Assembly (NCBI GenBank): GCA_010405405.1
Contig: MU004230.1
Coordinates: 1,584,627 to 1,648,626, forward strand
Source of the DNA: Microthyrium microscopicum
Taxonomy: Eukaryota
Length of the DNA stretch: 64,000 bases
Direction of reading: 5' to 3'
Shown: piece after piece, positions 26,174 through 39,117 of the stretch
Layout: every line of letters begins with the position of its first letter
Numbering within the stretch: the stretch's first letter is position 1
Notes under the pieces: generated by a model
The model's database searches: none
What the model was told of the DNA's origin: nothing
The model's input: the letters and a program-made list of their open reading frames with translations, nothing else
Translations under genes and position numbers: made by a program

Positions 26174-26699
26174 AAACTACTGAGAAGTCTACAGCTTCTG
26201 GCCATAAACTTCAGCTTTTAGTGTTGTTCTGTTCCTGGCTGCTGCAAAATATACAGGTCAGTCATGTTGAAAGTGATGTAGATAGCAGTACATTCCATAT
26301 TATAATGTTTTATTCCATGTTTATAAGTTGTCAACACAGCGATATCTCAATTGAGAATTTTGTTAAAAGTCATTCCATGTGGACCCTATTTGGTTTGCAA
26401 CACTCCAATTTGAGCTGATGGCATTCATCTTTTGTATTTGTAAGCCGACGCAACTAAAGGTAACTCGTGCTCACATGTCGACAACTACTTCATAATGCCG
26501 AAGTCTTGTACCACGACTTCACTGTACTCATATCCATTTGCTATATATATTGCCAAGCATAGCGAATCATTACATTTTTTGATACACATGAGTGTAAGTA
26601 TTCAGTCTGCTTTGTAACCTACTTGGCTTTCTTGAATTCGGAAAAACACCCGACTTTCACCCGCTGAGATGTTGAGCAAAGACTTGGATGTTATACGAC

Positions 26700-27565
26700 A
26701 TGCTCAATAGGGAAAGACTCTCATCAAGCGATGACTGGCACGATGTAGTGGACCGCAAAAAGAGGAAACAAATCCAGGATAGACTAGCTCAACGAGCCCG
26801 AAGTAAGTTCCTCTAGCCCAGACGCTTCAGACTTACTATCCGCATTGGAATATTTCGCAAGAAGCTTCGGTTTTGAGATGTTGGTTTCCACTGATAGGGA
26901 AGGATGATATATGGATTTTGTCTCATAGAATGTAGAACTAAGGTCTATTTCACTCACTTGACTAACAAATGACAACAGGAAAGCGGCTAGCTAAAGACAA
27001 AAAGTCAATACCGAATGACACACCGACTGGTATCAACAAGACAATAGGCCTTCAAGCTGGTCAAGTTCAGGCATCAACGGATTGTCAGTGTTCTAGGGGT
27101 TGCATTTGCTCAGTCAATCAGTTTTCGAGCGATCACAGCTCAGTGACGGACACATCAGTTGAGCATCATGCCTCGTATGTCGAACCTAAAGCTCATTCCT
27201 TCAATGCAATCTTGATGCAAACGGGAAAACTCCTTGGAATTCGCTGCGGCATGAGCTTTCCTTGTAAATCCAACCCAGCACCACGCGACACACCGGAATG
27301 TCTACAACCTACACTTTTACAACTTTCAGCTGTCCATTGGCAGTGGATCGATCGTTTTCCTTTCCCAGATTTCCGGGACGAGATAATACTCAATAGCGGC
27401 AATATTGACGAAGAAGAATTTCTTGAGGATTTATTTAGTATAGACGCTTTTACCTTGTCACGAGGAGGGAATCCATTTGACTTTTCGACTTACACCATAA
27501 ATCCGCATTTTCAGATCAGATGGGGTTATTTGTTTCCGAGCTTCCCTATGGAACCCACCGATTGA
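26700..27565 (+). CDS. bZIP-like basic-region / DUF3425-type putative transcription factor
   Basis: Exon 1 DDWHDVVDRKKRKQIQDRLAQRAR, intron ~26803-26978, exon 2 with LQPTLLQLSAVHWQWIDRFPFPDFRD and F..RWGYLF. Confidence 0.78.
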
Positions 27566-27672
27566 AAGAGTAGAGAACAGAGCGCGGTCAATGAGAACCA
27601 GTAAAGGCGATGGAGACTATGTCAATTCATTTGTTTTCTGGTTGATAATTGCCAGGAATTGCTTTCAGATCT

Positions 27673-28498
27673 TTACACGTTCTCCCCAGCTACTACTCTG
27701 ATGATACGAGTTGTTTCATCCACTCGACTTTGGAACGGGAAGTGGCCGCCATCAAGTTTGTGAACATCTACCGACTTTCCTGACGCTTTCTCAATGTTTT
27801 TGATGCAAAGATCCTGCGAGGCTGGCTTCACAACCTGATCTTTCTCCATGTATAACCAAGACACTGGCACATCCTTATAACCCGCATAGGCCAAGGCTCC
27901 ACCAAACGACACAGCGGAATGCTGCGGCCACTGTTTGGCCAGCTTTAACGCTTCTTCGAATGGCATGTCTGAAAAGCAAGCTTTTGCACTCTCCTCTGGC
28001 TTCAGCGACAAATATCCGTCGTCCTTCTCACTCTTAGTTTCATCCTCTGTGTAAAGTCAAGAATTGAGAGCTTGCCTCAACTTGCATATAGTCTGCAGTC
28101 TTATCGCCCATAATGCTTGATGACAGTTCGCCCACAGCAGGGACTATTGCCGCTACATATAACATTTTCACAACACCTCCTCTTTTTCCTTGTGTCTCTC
28201 GTTGCGACTTCGCCAAGCCTTTCATGCTTTCACTTGCTGGAATACCGCCATAGGAATGAGGAACGAGGACCATGTCATGGCCTTCGTCGGCGAGTTTTTC
28301 GACTCTGGCACGTATGAAGTTCGCATCGTCGTACATGGTTGCCGGTGGTTCTGAATCACGACGGCCGATTGATGGAAAGACGATTACATCGACAATAGGG
28401 TATCCAGCTGACTTGAGCTTGTCCACAACGGGATCATAGAAGGAGGCTGGTGTGAAGGAACCGGCAATGATAACGATTGCGGGCTTTGTAGTGGACAT
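27673..28498 (-). CDS. Alpha/beta-fold hydrolase (Abhydrolase_6-like)
   Basis: IVIIAGSF, LVPHSYGG nucleophile elbow, EKDQVV (Asp), GGHFPF (His); one intron ~28026-28074. Confidence 0.88.
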
Positions 28499-29081
28499 GA
28501 CTGTGACTGAGAAATGAAAAGCTACGTTAAGATAGCTAGAGCGTGAATGAACAGATTTGGAATTCTGGACTTGTGTTGTTAGAATGTATGTAGGTGAATA
28601 TCACAGCGAGTTGGCCCTATTTAAGCATTTTTGAGGATAGTTGAGGAAATAATAGTTCTGATTTCAACTGTCAGAAAGCATCAGAATTGCCGATGGAGCA
28701 CTGGTTAGCTCACGGATGATCACGCCCTTTTGAGCTCCAGCTGGATACACAGATACAACCTTCATGTAATCACTGGATTCTGACTTTTGTACTTGTGAGC
28801 TGACAAGCCCTACGGAACCAGAAGATCGACATTCTGACAGTCAAGAATGTCAGAAATTAGTGCGCCCACAGTACCCTTGGCAAACCGACAAGCTCCGAAT
28901 TGCATTATAAATGCCGACATAGGAACGATATATCATGGTGATATCAGCAAATTGTTTGAGATTTATCATATTGACCACATCGAACGGTTAAATACCCTGT
29001 TATTGCTGTTTCTTCCTAACTTGACACAGTTTTTGACAACAAGCATAATTCTTGTCAATCAGGAAAGGGAGATGAATCACT

Positions 29082-30392
29082 TTACCTGATTGGGTTGTTT
29101 CCTGGAAGAGCAGGGACCCCTATTGGTGAAGTTAGTTTTATTCGCACAAATGGTACGATTAGTGAACTTACATCCTTCATAGCTCTCAGTCAAGCGCTTC
29201 TTCTGCTGGCAGGCGTTGGCTTGTGCCATGGACTGTGTTTTGAGAGTTGGGCAGCTAACACCGCATCCTGCGTTCATAGCTCGTTGTAAAGCATCTCCCT
29301 TCCAACCGAATACGTAGTCGGCATGTTGTCCGTAACCAGTTGGGTCGCCGGTCGTGAAGACGAAGGGTTGACTTCCATCAGCTGGCCACTCAGCCTTGTT
29401 GTTAAATTGGCGGGTATCCCACATGGTTTCCATGAAAAGTTGGGGAATGCGAACTGGGTGAGAGGCTGGGCAGGCACCTCCACGGTTGCCGTTACCGTCA
29501 GCAGGGTATGCAACGTGGCTTTGATGGTCCGGAGAGTCGAGATTCTTGCCATCCCAGCAAGTTGGGAAATAGATGTTGGCGCGGATGCCCTGGGAACAGG
29601 TCTTTTTGGGGAAGTGACGAGTATCTTTGCCAGTTCCTGGTGCTCCACCATAACCGTCATTGTCGAAGCAGCGGAATGACAGACCTAAAACACCTCTATC
29701 TTTAGCAACGTCGGATCGTGCTCCAGGCTTGCCAACAATCATGCGAAATCCCTGATGAGATTGTTAACAGGAACATGCATAAATGCAGATGGAAATCTAC
29801 GTACTGGCCTGAATGCAGTGACATTGGTCTTTCCATCATAAGGCGCGATGTAGTAGATTGTCATTCCACCGTTCTGTCCGTTTAGGCCAGCGTTGGCCAT
29901 TTGAGGAACACGCTTCATTGTGCCATTGCGAGAACGGAAGTACATAACAGCTGTCCAGTAGTTCGAAGTGTCTTCGGTAAAGGTACACGAAGTGCAAGTC
30001 GACTTGGCTGAAAGATCCCACTTGGGATCCATAGAGATATCGAAAGCATTCTAGACTGGTAAGTTTTTGAACTTGGGTATCGACGGAGGAGATACATACA
30101 CCACCAACAATCTAAAGCTGTTGTTAGATCAATGAGACAATTTTGTTTTCGAACGAGTTCAGTCTTACCTGATGCAAATGTGGACTTGGGCTAATTCCTG
30201 GGCTCCCTAAACTAGACCAAAGTCAGTGTTTAGGTCTATCAGATTGCACTGGACTGATCTAGAAATTCTTTCCATTACTTACGGATCTGACCGTTCAACA
30301 AGTAGCTGATTGCATGCAAATCGCATAAAAGCTGGGCCAGCAGATACATAATGCGCGAGTAGCGCCAGTGCGGTAACAACGTTCCACTGCAT
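29082..30392 (-). CDS. Secreted DUF1996-domain protein (multi-exon)
   Basis: Signal peptide MQWNVVTALALLAHYVSA, MRFACNQLLVERSDP, SPHLHQ, CTSCTFTEDTSNYWT, FPTCWDGKNLDSPDHQSHVAY, GDPTGYGQHADYVFGW; ends PALPGNNPIR*. Confidence 0.88.
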
Positions 30393-30524
30393 CTTCGCCT
30401 GCAAAGATTTTGATTATGAAAAAGAATGTATAGAGTTGGATATAGAGTAGTAAAAGTCCAGATATCCAGTCGTACTAATATATATGTACACCAGCTGCAA
30501 TTGACGCACCAATATCAAGGACGG

Positions 30525-30664
30525 TAAAAAGGCACAATATAAATCGTATAGTAGTAGTAAGATAGTATTATTAGAGTCCTCCCTCTAAGGAAGGATATAT
30601 AAGCTAAGACTACCTGCTAAAGATACCCTAACGCCTTACCCTTTTAGGAAAGCATCTTATATTA
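30525..30664 (-). repeat. LTR (3' LTR of the minus-strand gypsy element)
   Basis: Direct repeat of 47297-47436 with only C/T and G/A differences; short purine run (minus-strand aggggca) just inside it. Confidence 0.9.
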
Positions 30665-31989
30665 TATGCCCCTATTTAAAGAGATAACTTATCGTCCTTA
30701 ATAATATATAGATAGCTATAGTCTAATAAAATACTAAGTAGAAGAGTTTAAGATCTTTAATTAATTAAAAATAAATATATAATAACTTAGTCCTCTTTAT
30801 TTTCCTATATTAAAGTAATTCTACGCCTCTTCTTAAAGGCTTAGATTAGTTTCTTCTTAAGATTACATATAGGTTCCTAGGTTATATTACTTAATAGGTA
30901 TTTTATCTATTTAATAAAGTATTCCTTATACTATTTAGTATTATGTTCTTAGCTATAAACCTATTAATATTTAAGTAACTTCTTAATATTCTACTACTTC
31001 TTACTATTATCCTTAATAACTAGTAATAATTATAATAAAAAAGAGCATTAAAAAAGATTTATAGTATAGTTAAGAGCTAGCTTAATATATTTAATAGAAA
31101 TAATTAGATATATCTTTAAGGACTTAGAAAGATTTAGTTCTATAGCATTACTAAATCCTAAGACTCTTTTAATAGTATATAGGCTAATTTTTTTTATACT
31201 AAACTTACCTTATTTACCTAGTACTTTATATCCTCTATATAAACTTAGCTTAACTAAAATAATATAGGCTTTCTTTCCTTATCTTAAATTAAGAGTCTTA
31301 AGTCGCTAGTTATTTAATACCTTTATTTAAAGTCTTATAAAGGCTAAAGTATTAGTAGCTTCTCTTTACTACTCTTTTCTTTATTAAAGAACCTCTCCTT
31401 TAGAGAGATTATTAGAGTCTAAAGCCTTTATAGTAAACTCTACTCTAGTACTATAATTCTTTCTATATATTATTTTATATAGTAAGTATCTTATAGCTAA
31501 TATAAATAAAGAGTTTATTTATCTTACTAAAGTTAGTAACTAATCTACCTAGCCTTTAATTTTATTAGTAAGTTAGAAACGTATAGTAATCTCTACTATT
31601 TAATTTATTTATTTAGATTAGCTATTAGTTTATAGATAATATACTATTAATACTATATATGCTATCTTTTATATAGTAAGTAATATTTACTAGAAACCTC
31701 TAAGAAACTTTAAATCTCTATTAGAAATTATAGCTTAAGGAAATAGCTAGTTTATATACCTAGCATAGTATATATAAGCCTATTACTCTATAGTCTAGTT
31801 ATCCTAACTAAAAACTAAGAGAATTACCTTAGTATATTTATTAGTAATAGTAAGTAGTATATTAAATTTATTATCTTTAGGAAGTTTTATAATAAAATTA
31901 AAAATCTATATATAGAATATATATAGTACGCTATATATAGATTTAGTATTTCTATAAGGTCTATACTATTATATCTATACCTAATTATA

Positions 31990-34900
31990 TATATATAAAT
32001 CTTGTTTATTATCTTTTAGCTATGCTAATAGGCTATATAGACGCTACTCTTACTTTTAGAAAAACCCCTATAGGAAAACCTATAGTATTCCTTTAGTTAC
32101 CTTCTAGTAGCCTTATTCTATTATTGTTATGACACCCTCTTAGTCTACTGCTTCTAAATAGAAGGACTTATATTATCTCTCTATAAACTATAAGCCTACT
32201 AAAGGAATTCTAGTTAGTAGGTTAATATAGTAAGTAACTAGTAGTTACTAACTACTAAGGGCCCTATATAGCTTAAGCATACTATATATTATATAGCTTC
32301 TACGCTATGCGCTAAGATCTTAATCCTTAATACTATCCTTATTACTAGTTTCCCTTTTAGGACTTATCTATTACCTAATTACTTAAGGCTATAGCGTTCC
32401 CTAAGATAAGTTAAATTTAGCTTCTTAGCGCCTATTTCTATTTAGTATTACCTTATTATTAAGTTTTTACTATTATAGTTTAATAAGTTTCTATTAATCT
32501 TCTCCTTCTTAAGGACCTATAGCTATTATCCTTATATAGTTAACTTTCTATATAGTTTTATAATAGGCGTATATAATACGTATTTCTAAGTTTTTATAAT
32601 TAATTTCTATCCTTAATAGGCTTTAGTATTACTATAGCCCTTAGCTATATTAAGCCCTTTCTTTTAATATCTATTAAGTAAGGTATTTATAATACTCCTT
32701 AGCTAAGTTTTTCCTATTAATCTATACTCTTTAATACTATATAATAGGCTACTAAATAGCTACCTCTAAGTTTCTAGTAGTTTATATAATCTACTTTTAG
32801 GGTATAAAGTATTTTAAATCTATATAGTTTTAGTTACTTCTTCCTCTCTAAGTTTCTATTATACCTCCTACTCTTCCTAATTCCTTTTCTAAGGGTAAGT
32901 CCTTTATAGGCTCTTCTTCCTTCTCTTCCTTACGCCTTTAGATACTTAGTAAACATCTTATGCTTATAGGTACCCCTTTTCTATTATCTCTAAAGAAGGT
33001 AAAAACTACTCTATCTATAAACGTTAAAAATACTACTTTATTCTTAGACGTAAAATTAGCTAGTTCTATTCTAGCTCTTATTATAAGTCTTTTAGTATCC
33101 TTTTATATATAGTATTAACTATTATAATATAGACTATATACGTCCCTAGCGCGAGAATCTATTTATGCTATCTCTAAGTATTATACTATTATATAGAGTT
33201 ACTTAATAGTAAGTACTTAGTTAGTTTTAGTATGCTTACTATAGTAATTACCTATATCTATAGTTAGGCTAGCCCTAGCTAGTATCCTTACTCTTATTAT
33301 AAAGAGTAATATTCTAAGTATAAGGCTATAAGTATATCCTTACTCTTAATCTTCTACCTTTTCTAATATTATAGTAAAATACTAGTAAAGTTAAAGAAGT
33401 AAGGTAAGTACCTCTAACGCGCCTTTAATAAAGTAATAGCTAACCTAGTTAACCTTTATTAAGGTATTAAGAAGTATATATCGTTAGGTATAGATAAGAA
33501 GGCTACTAAGTAAGTAAAGGTTATAAAAGGTTTAGTAAGTAAGTTTACTAGCTATAGAGCCTAGTTTGCTTCTACTATAGCCTTATTAGCATAGTAGAAG
33601 AAGAAAAAGCTAAAGGTTAATATAGCTATGCTAGCTACTAATTTAGCTTACCTATAAGCTATCTTGCTAAAGCTTTATACTTAAAGTATAAAGATAGATT
33701 TATTAGTAGAGATATCCTAATTATTAAGTAGGGTAGTAGTATTATTTAATAAAGAGTAGTAGATAGATATAGAATAAAATTAATTATGTTCCTAGACTTA
33801 GCTATTTCTTTTATAATTATATATTACTAGCCTATTAGTACTATAGTATTATAATTAGTTATTTATAAGATCCTTAAGTCTTAGTAGTTCTCTATACGCC
33901 TTAAGGTTTATTTCTATAATCTTTTTAGTTAGCCTAAATTACTAAAGAGCTCTACTCTTTAATAACTATCTAGCTACTATCTAGGCATTTCTTAGATTAG
34001 AGAGTATATAAGCCTTATTTAGTATTATTACTTATTCTAGTAATCTTTCTCTATAATATTATAGGTAGTTTAGTAGTATATAGTAAACTATTTATTACTA
34101 ATAACTATATAGGTACTATAGTAGAGAAACTATTAGTACCTATATGCTATATAGCTAGTTGTTAAGTTTAATAACTTCTAATTATATAAGGAAGAGCACT
34201 ATTACTTATATTTTATTAAGATTATTATAAAGCTTAATTAGTTAGTTACTTTATAACGTTCTCTATACTATAGTAGTATACTACTACGTTCTTATAAGCT
34301 ATACCTAAGTATCTATCTAGAGCTTATAATAATATACCCTAATTAAGGATATCTTTAGCTCTAGTTTAGTTTTTACCTTCTTCTTCTTCTATAATGTACT
34401 ATTTATTAGTTACGTTACTTACCTATAATTAGCATCTTACTTCTACTTTATCTCTAATCTCTTCTTTTATTGCTTTAGTATATTAACTTCTTAAGCTATA
34501 ACCTTAGTTATATGTATCTATACTAGTTTAAGCGTTACTAAGCTTCTTAGTTATTACTACTAGAAAGGTATCCTTTAGTTCCTTAGAAGATTTACCTAGT
34601 ATACTTTAGTAATAATTTTACTTATCTTTTATATTACTATTAAGTCTTTATTCTTATTAGTATATTCCTCTACTAAGACTATAGTATTTATTTAGAGTAG
34701 TTTAACTCCTATTTCCTTATTTAATAAAGTAATAAGAGTTCTTTAGTACTCTTCTATTATCTTATGAAGTATATTATTCTAAATTGCTACTAGTAGTTTA
34801 TAATAATCCTTTAGCACCTTAAGAAATAATAATCTTAAACCCTATACTTATACTCTATATATAAAAGTTAGCCTAACAACTACTATATAAAGAAGCTTTA

Positions 34901-37900
34901 TCTTTCTAAAGACTAGTCTCTATTCTAACTACACTATTCTTAAAAGTACTACTACTTACTTAAATCCTTTAGTTCTAGTCTTTTTAATATAGTCTTTCTA
35001 GTTTATTCTTCTATTTACCTATATACTTAGTACTCTAATACTCTCTAGTATAAGCTTAGTAAATATACTATCTACTATTACTATAGATTATAAGTTTACT
35101 TCTAGGTAGTAAATATTCTAAGTAAAGTATATTACTTAGTACTTATTAAGAGTAAACTTTACGCTATATCTAGTTACTTAGTTAGTATACTTTTAATAGG
35201 CCTCTTTTAGTCTTATATAGTTTTCTTAGGTAATATTACCCTATATAACTAATATAGTATTATCTATAAACCTAAATCTAAAAATATTATTACTTACGTC
35301 TTAGAAGTATTCTAGTAGTTCTAATATAAAGAAGAGAAAGAGGATAAGTAAAAGGAAGAATCCTTAGGAAATCCCTATATTAGTTATTATTACTAGGCTC
35401 TAGTGCTTAGTAAATATAATTTAGGTTATATAATTAGTAGCAAAGCTTACTACTATATTAATTAGCTATTAGGAGACTCTCTTTATCTCTAAGATATAAA
35501 AGAGTCTCCTTAGATTAATATTATTATACGCTCCTTAAAGATTAAGGCTAAGTACTAATACTATAGCTCTTATATTTCCCTTCTATGCTACCTTAATAGT
35601 ACTCCTTAAGAGCTATACTACTATTAGTATTAACTACTCTACCCTAGTCCTTATCTAGTTCTAGGATAGTAAATTATTATCTTCTATAAGTTAAGTAAGT
35701 CTATTAGTAATAATCTTTTTAACTAGCTTTACTATAGTATTCTTAAGAGTAATTAGCTAATAGGCTAATAGTAGTAAATAGTCTTTCTTACCTAGCTTTT
35801 TTAATACTAGCATATAGAATTACTTTAAGTATTCTAAAATTGTGCTACTTATTAGTATTCTACTAATTATAGGTACTAGTCTTTTACTAAATTCTATTAG
35901 TTTTAGATTATTACTCTCCTTTTTAAGCTACGCCTTAAGCTTAAGAGCCTTTAAAACCTTATTTAGTATATTAATAAGTCTTATCGCTTTATAATTTAGA
36001 AGGCTATTAATTATATAATCTATCTCTTTTGCTATTACCTTATAGTTTATCTTTAATTCTAGGGATAGGATAGCGTCCTTTATATTACTTAGGTTTATTA
36101 CCCTAATTTAAAGAAAGAACTTTATAGATAGTATATCTACTTTACCTTAGTTATTATAAGTATAGTTATTACTAGTTATCTATCTAAGTACTAATAGGTA
36201 TAGGTCTTCTTTTAGTTTACTAGCTTTAGCTTTTATTTATTTGCTTATTCTCTATAAGCCTTAGTTCTTATAGCGCTTATAATCTTTTATAATCTCTTCT
36301 ATAAAGGTTTACTAAGATACTACTTTATTCTAATGTAGAGATTTCCTTAGCTAGGCTATAACTAATTTATATATATACTTATTCTAGTCGTTTTTTATCT
36401 AGAAGTATCTTTTCCTTATATAGCGCTTCTTCTATATTAGTAGAGTAGTTATAAGTAACTACCTATATAAAGCTTACTTTAAAGGTTTTACTTTTAGGTA
36501 GTAAATCTCTAGTACTTTTATTATTACCCTATATAAAGCTTCTATTAGTATATCTTTAATATCCTATAAGCTATTATTTATATATTTAATAAATTATTCT
36601 ATATCTAGTTTTTATATATTGTACTATACTTTTAGTACGTATTTTTCTTATCCTAAGGTAAGCTAAATTAGTACTAAGATATAATCTTCTATTAGTACTT
36701 AGATATTAACTAAGCTATAAAACTCTAGTCTTTCTTAAAGGAATTAGGATATAAATATAAGATTAATTACTATCTTTACTACTCTTACTCTCCTTTCCTT
36801 ATATAACCTATAGGTTAGCTCTTCTTCTAATATACCTAGGTAAAGTCCCTACTAAATTATATTATAAAGTAAGGTATTTACTTAGGATTTAGTAGCTAAT
36901 ACTACGCCTCCTTATTAATAGTAGTAATAATTAAAGTCTCTTACTAATAGGATCTCTTCTTTTACCTTATTAATTACTTTTATTAGTATTAGGTATTTAA
37001 TAATATAGTTATAGTTACTTACTACTAAGCCTTTATTATATATATTAATAATTATTAGTATTATATACCTATGCTAAAGGCATAGTATTAAGACGAATTA
37101 ATTATAATATCTTACTTACTAGTCTCTTATATTAAGCGCCTTACTTATTATAAAGTATACTCTTAATTAATTATTCTAGTTATATGCTAGAACGTAGCTA
37201 AGGAGGTAGTACGTCTTTCTTAGCTTTATAATTCCTTTAAGGTCTTAGACTACTATAATTAGTTACTTAGTATTATCTAGTAAATTAAAGAATAGCCTTA
37301 CTTTCCTCCTATTTAACTTCTTATAATTATATTATATAATATTAATACTATTTATCTAAGTCTATTATTTAAATTCTACTTATTTTATTACTAGAGGTTA
37401 GCCTAAGGTTATTTATAGCCTATTCTACTCTCTTATAGTTATTTTCTTATTAGTTTTCTAGGGCGCTGTCTCTTATAGTTTATAAGCTATTGTTACCTCT
37501 ATTAAAGTTAAATATACTTATAATTAATTTCTAAGTACCTTAGACTAGGTTGTTATATACTTTATCTTTTACTTCTTATAATGCTAATAATTTTCTAGGG
37601 TTCTTAGTCTCTACTTTTCTTTTCTTTATACTATTTACTATAGTGTATCTATTATTATTTATAAGCTAAATTAGTATAATTTAGGTAAGCATTATAGCTC
37701 TTATTTATTCTATATATCTTTCGTTTACTACCTAGAATCCTTTTATACTCTTAAAGTAGGTTTAATATACTTTATATATATTCTTCTACTATGTATAGTA
37801 TTCCTAGCCTTACTCTTTCTCTCCTCTTCTTCCTCTCTTATTATCTTTATAGTTAGAGTACTAGACTAGGCTTATCCTAATATAGTCCTTAGTATTATAA

Positions 37901-39117
37901 TTGCCTATATATTTGCTATAGTTTAGTTTATACTAAGTATAAGCTATTTATATATAGCCTTAGACTTAGTAGTAAAAGTACTATTTAGTAGTATATTTTA
38001 GGTTATATAATCTAGTAAAGAGCTCCTTTACCCTAATAATAAACTTCTTCTAAATAACCTTATTTCTTATTACTATTATTAAGTAGTATAGCATAAGTAA
38101 TCTCTTAATATATACCTTTCTATACTTTTCTAGTTCTTCTTTTACTTATTTATACTTTATATCTTTATAGAGCTACTAGACTACTCCTATTTCTAAACGT
38201 TTAAATCTTATCTTATTTCTATTAACTAGTTCTTTAATTAGTTTGCTATTATCTATATTCTTACTATAGGCTACGTCTAGTTTAAGTAAAGCCTTTAGGA
38301 TCTCTACTAAATAGTTTTATTATAGAACCTAAACCTTATCTAAGCCTACCTAGCGTAGCCTATTTTAGATATAGTCCTTATCTAATTATATATTAACTAT
38401 AATATTAATATTCTTACTAGGTAGTAGCTTAATAGCTATTACCTATAGGATAATTTTCTTAATTTTTTTAAATAGCTTTACTCTATCCTACTTATCTTCC
38501 TCTAATATATTTTTAACTACTTTTATAATATTAATTTAGACTATTAGGCTTATAAAGAGGGCCCTTTAGTTAGGAATTAGTAGGTTAAGTCCTTTTATAA
38601 CCTTTGCTTAGAAGTTAAGGGTTATTTTAATCTTAGTAATCTACTTTATAATTATATTAAGTTTTTAGTTAAGACGTACCTTAAGGCGTATTAGCAAAAG
38701 AGCCCTATTTATAGTTAGAGCTAAGTAGAATACTAGTTATTTAATATAGTCTTATGCTATAACGAAGAATATATAGTATTATATAAAATTAGCTATTAGC
38801 TAATTAAGGAATAGTTATATTAGATCCTCCTCTTTAAATATAAGTCTTCTTAATAGTACTTTAATTCTTTTCTATGCTTTTACGAGTAGTAGTTTTAGGT
38901 TATCTTTTTGTTTCTATATTGCCTTATTTTTAATATAGGTAGCCTCTATAGTAATAATGGCTATCTATTACAAATCTTTATTTATCTTTATAGCGCTAGC
39001 TATTACTTACGTCTAGTTAAAAGTTACACTATTATAATAGTCTTAATAAGACAAATCTAATAATAATAGTTTTATAGAATAATTCTAAGAAATTAATCTT
39101 TTAGTACGATAATACTT
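31990..39117 (-). mobile_element. RIP-inactivated non-LTR retrotransposon (Tad-like LINE) nested in the gypsy integrase
   Basis: Exact 14-bp TSD tatacctaattata at 31976-31989 and 39118-39131. De-RIP minus-strand motifs: ORF1 zinc knuckles CFHCxxxGHxxxAC and CGKCxGNHDTKDC (~37880-37980); APE endonuclease LLVGDFNxHH..WGG (~36910-36955) and VIDLTF; RT KKPGKKDY..YRPI, LDLQGAYDN, GIPQGSPLSPILF, FVDD (~35260); C-terminal CPCG...H...C (~34060-34120). Confidence 0.88.

Noticed and set aside
35471..35510. Inverted repeat aggagactct...agagtctcct
   Set aside because: Falls within the LINE RT coding sequence, which reads through normally; likely chance in RIP-simplified DNA.
32125..38763. tgttatgac / tgctataac as an LTR start or a 9-bp TSD for the nested element
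   Set aside because: No second LTR copy was found, and the exact 14-bp duplication at 31976/39118 restores the integrase reading much better.
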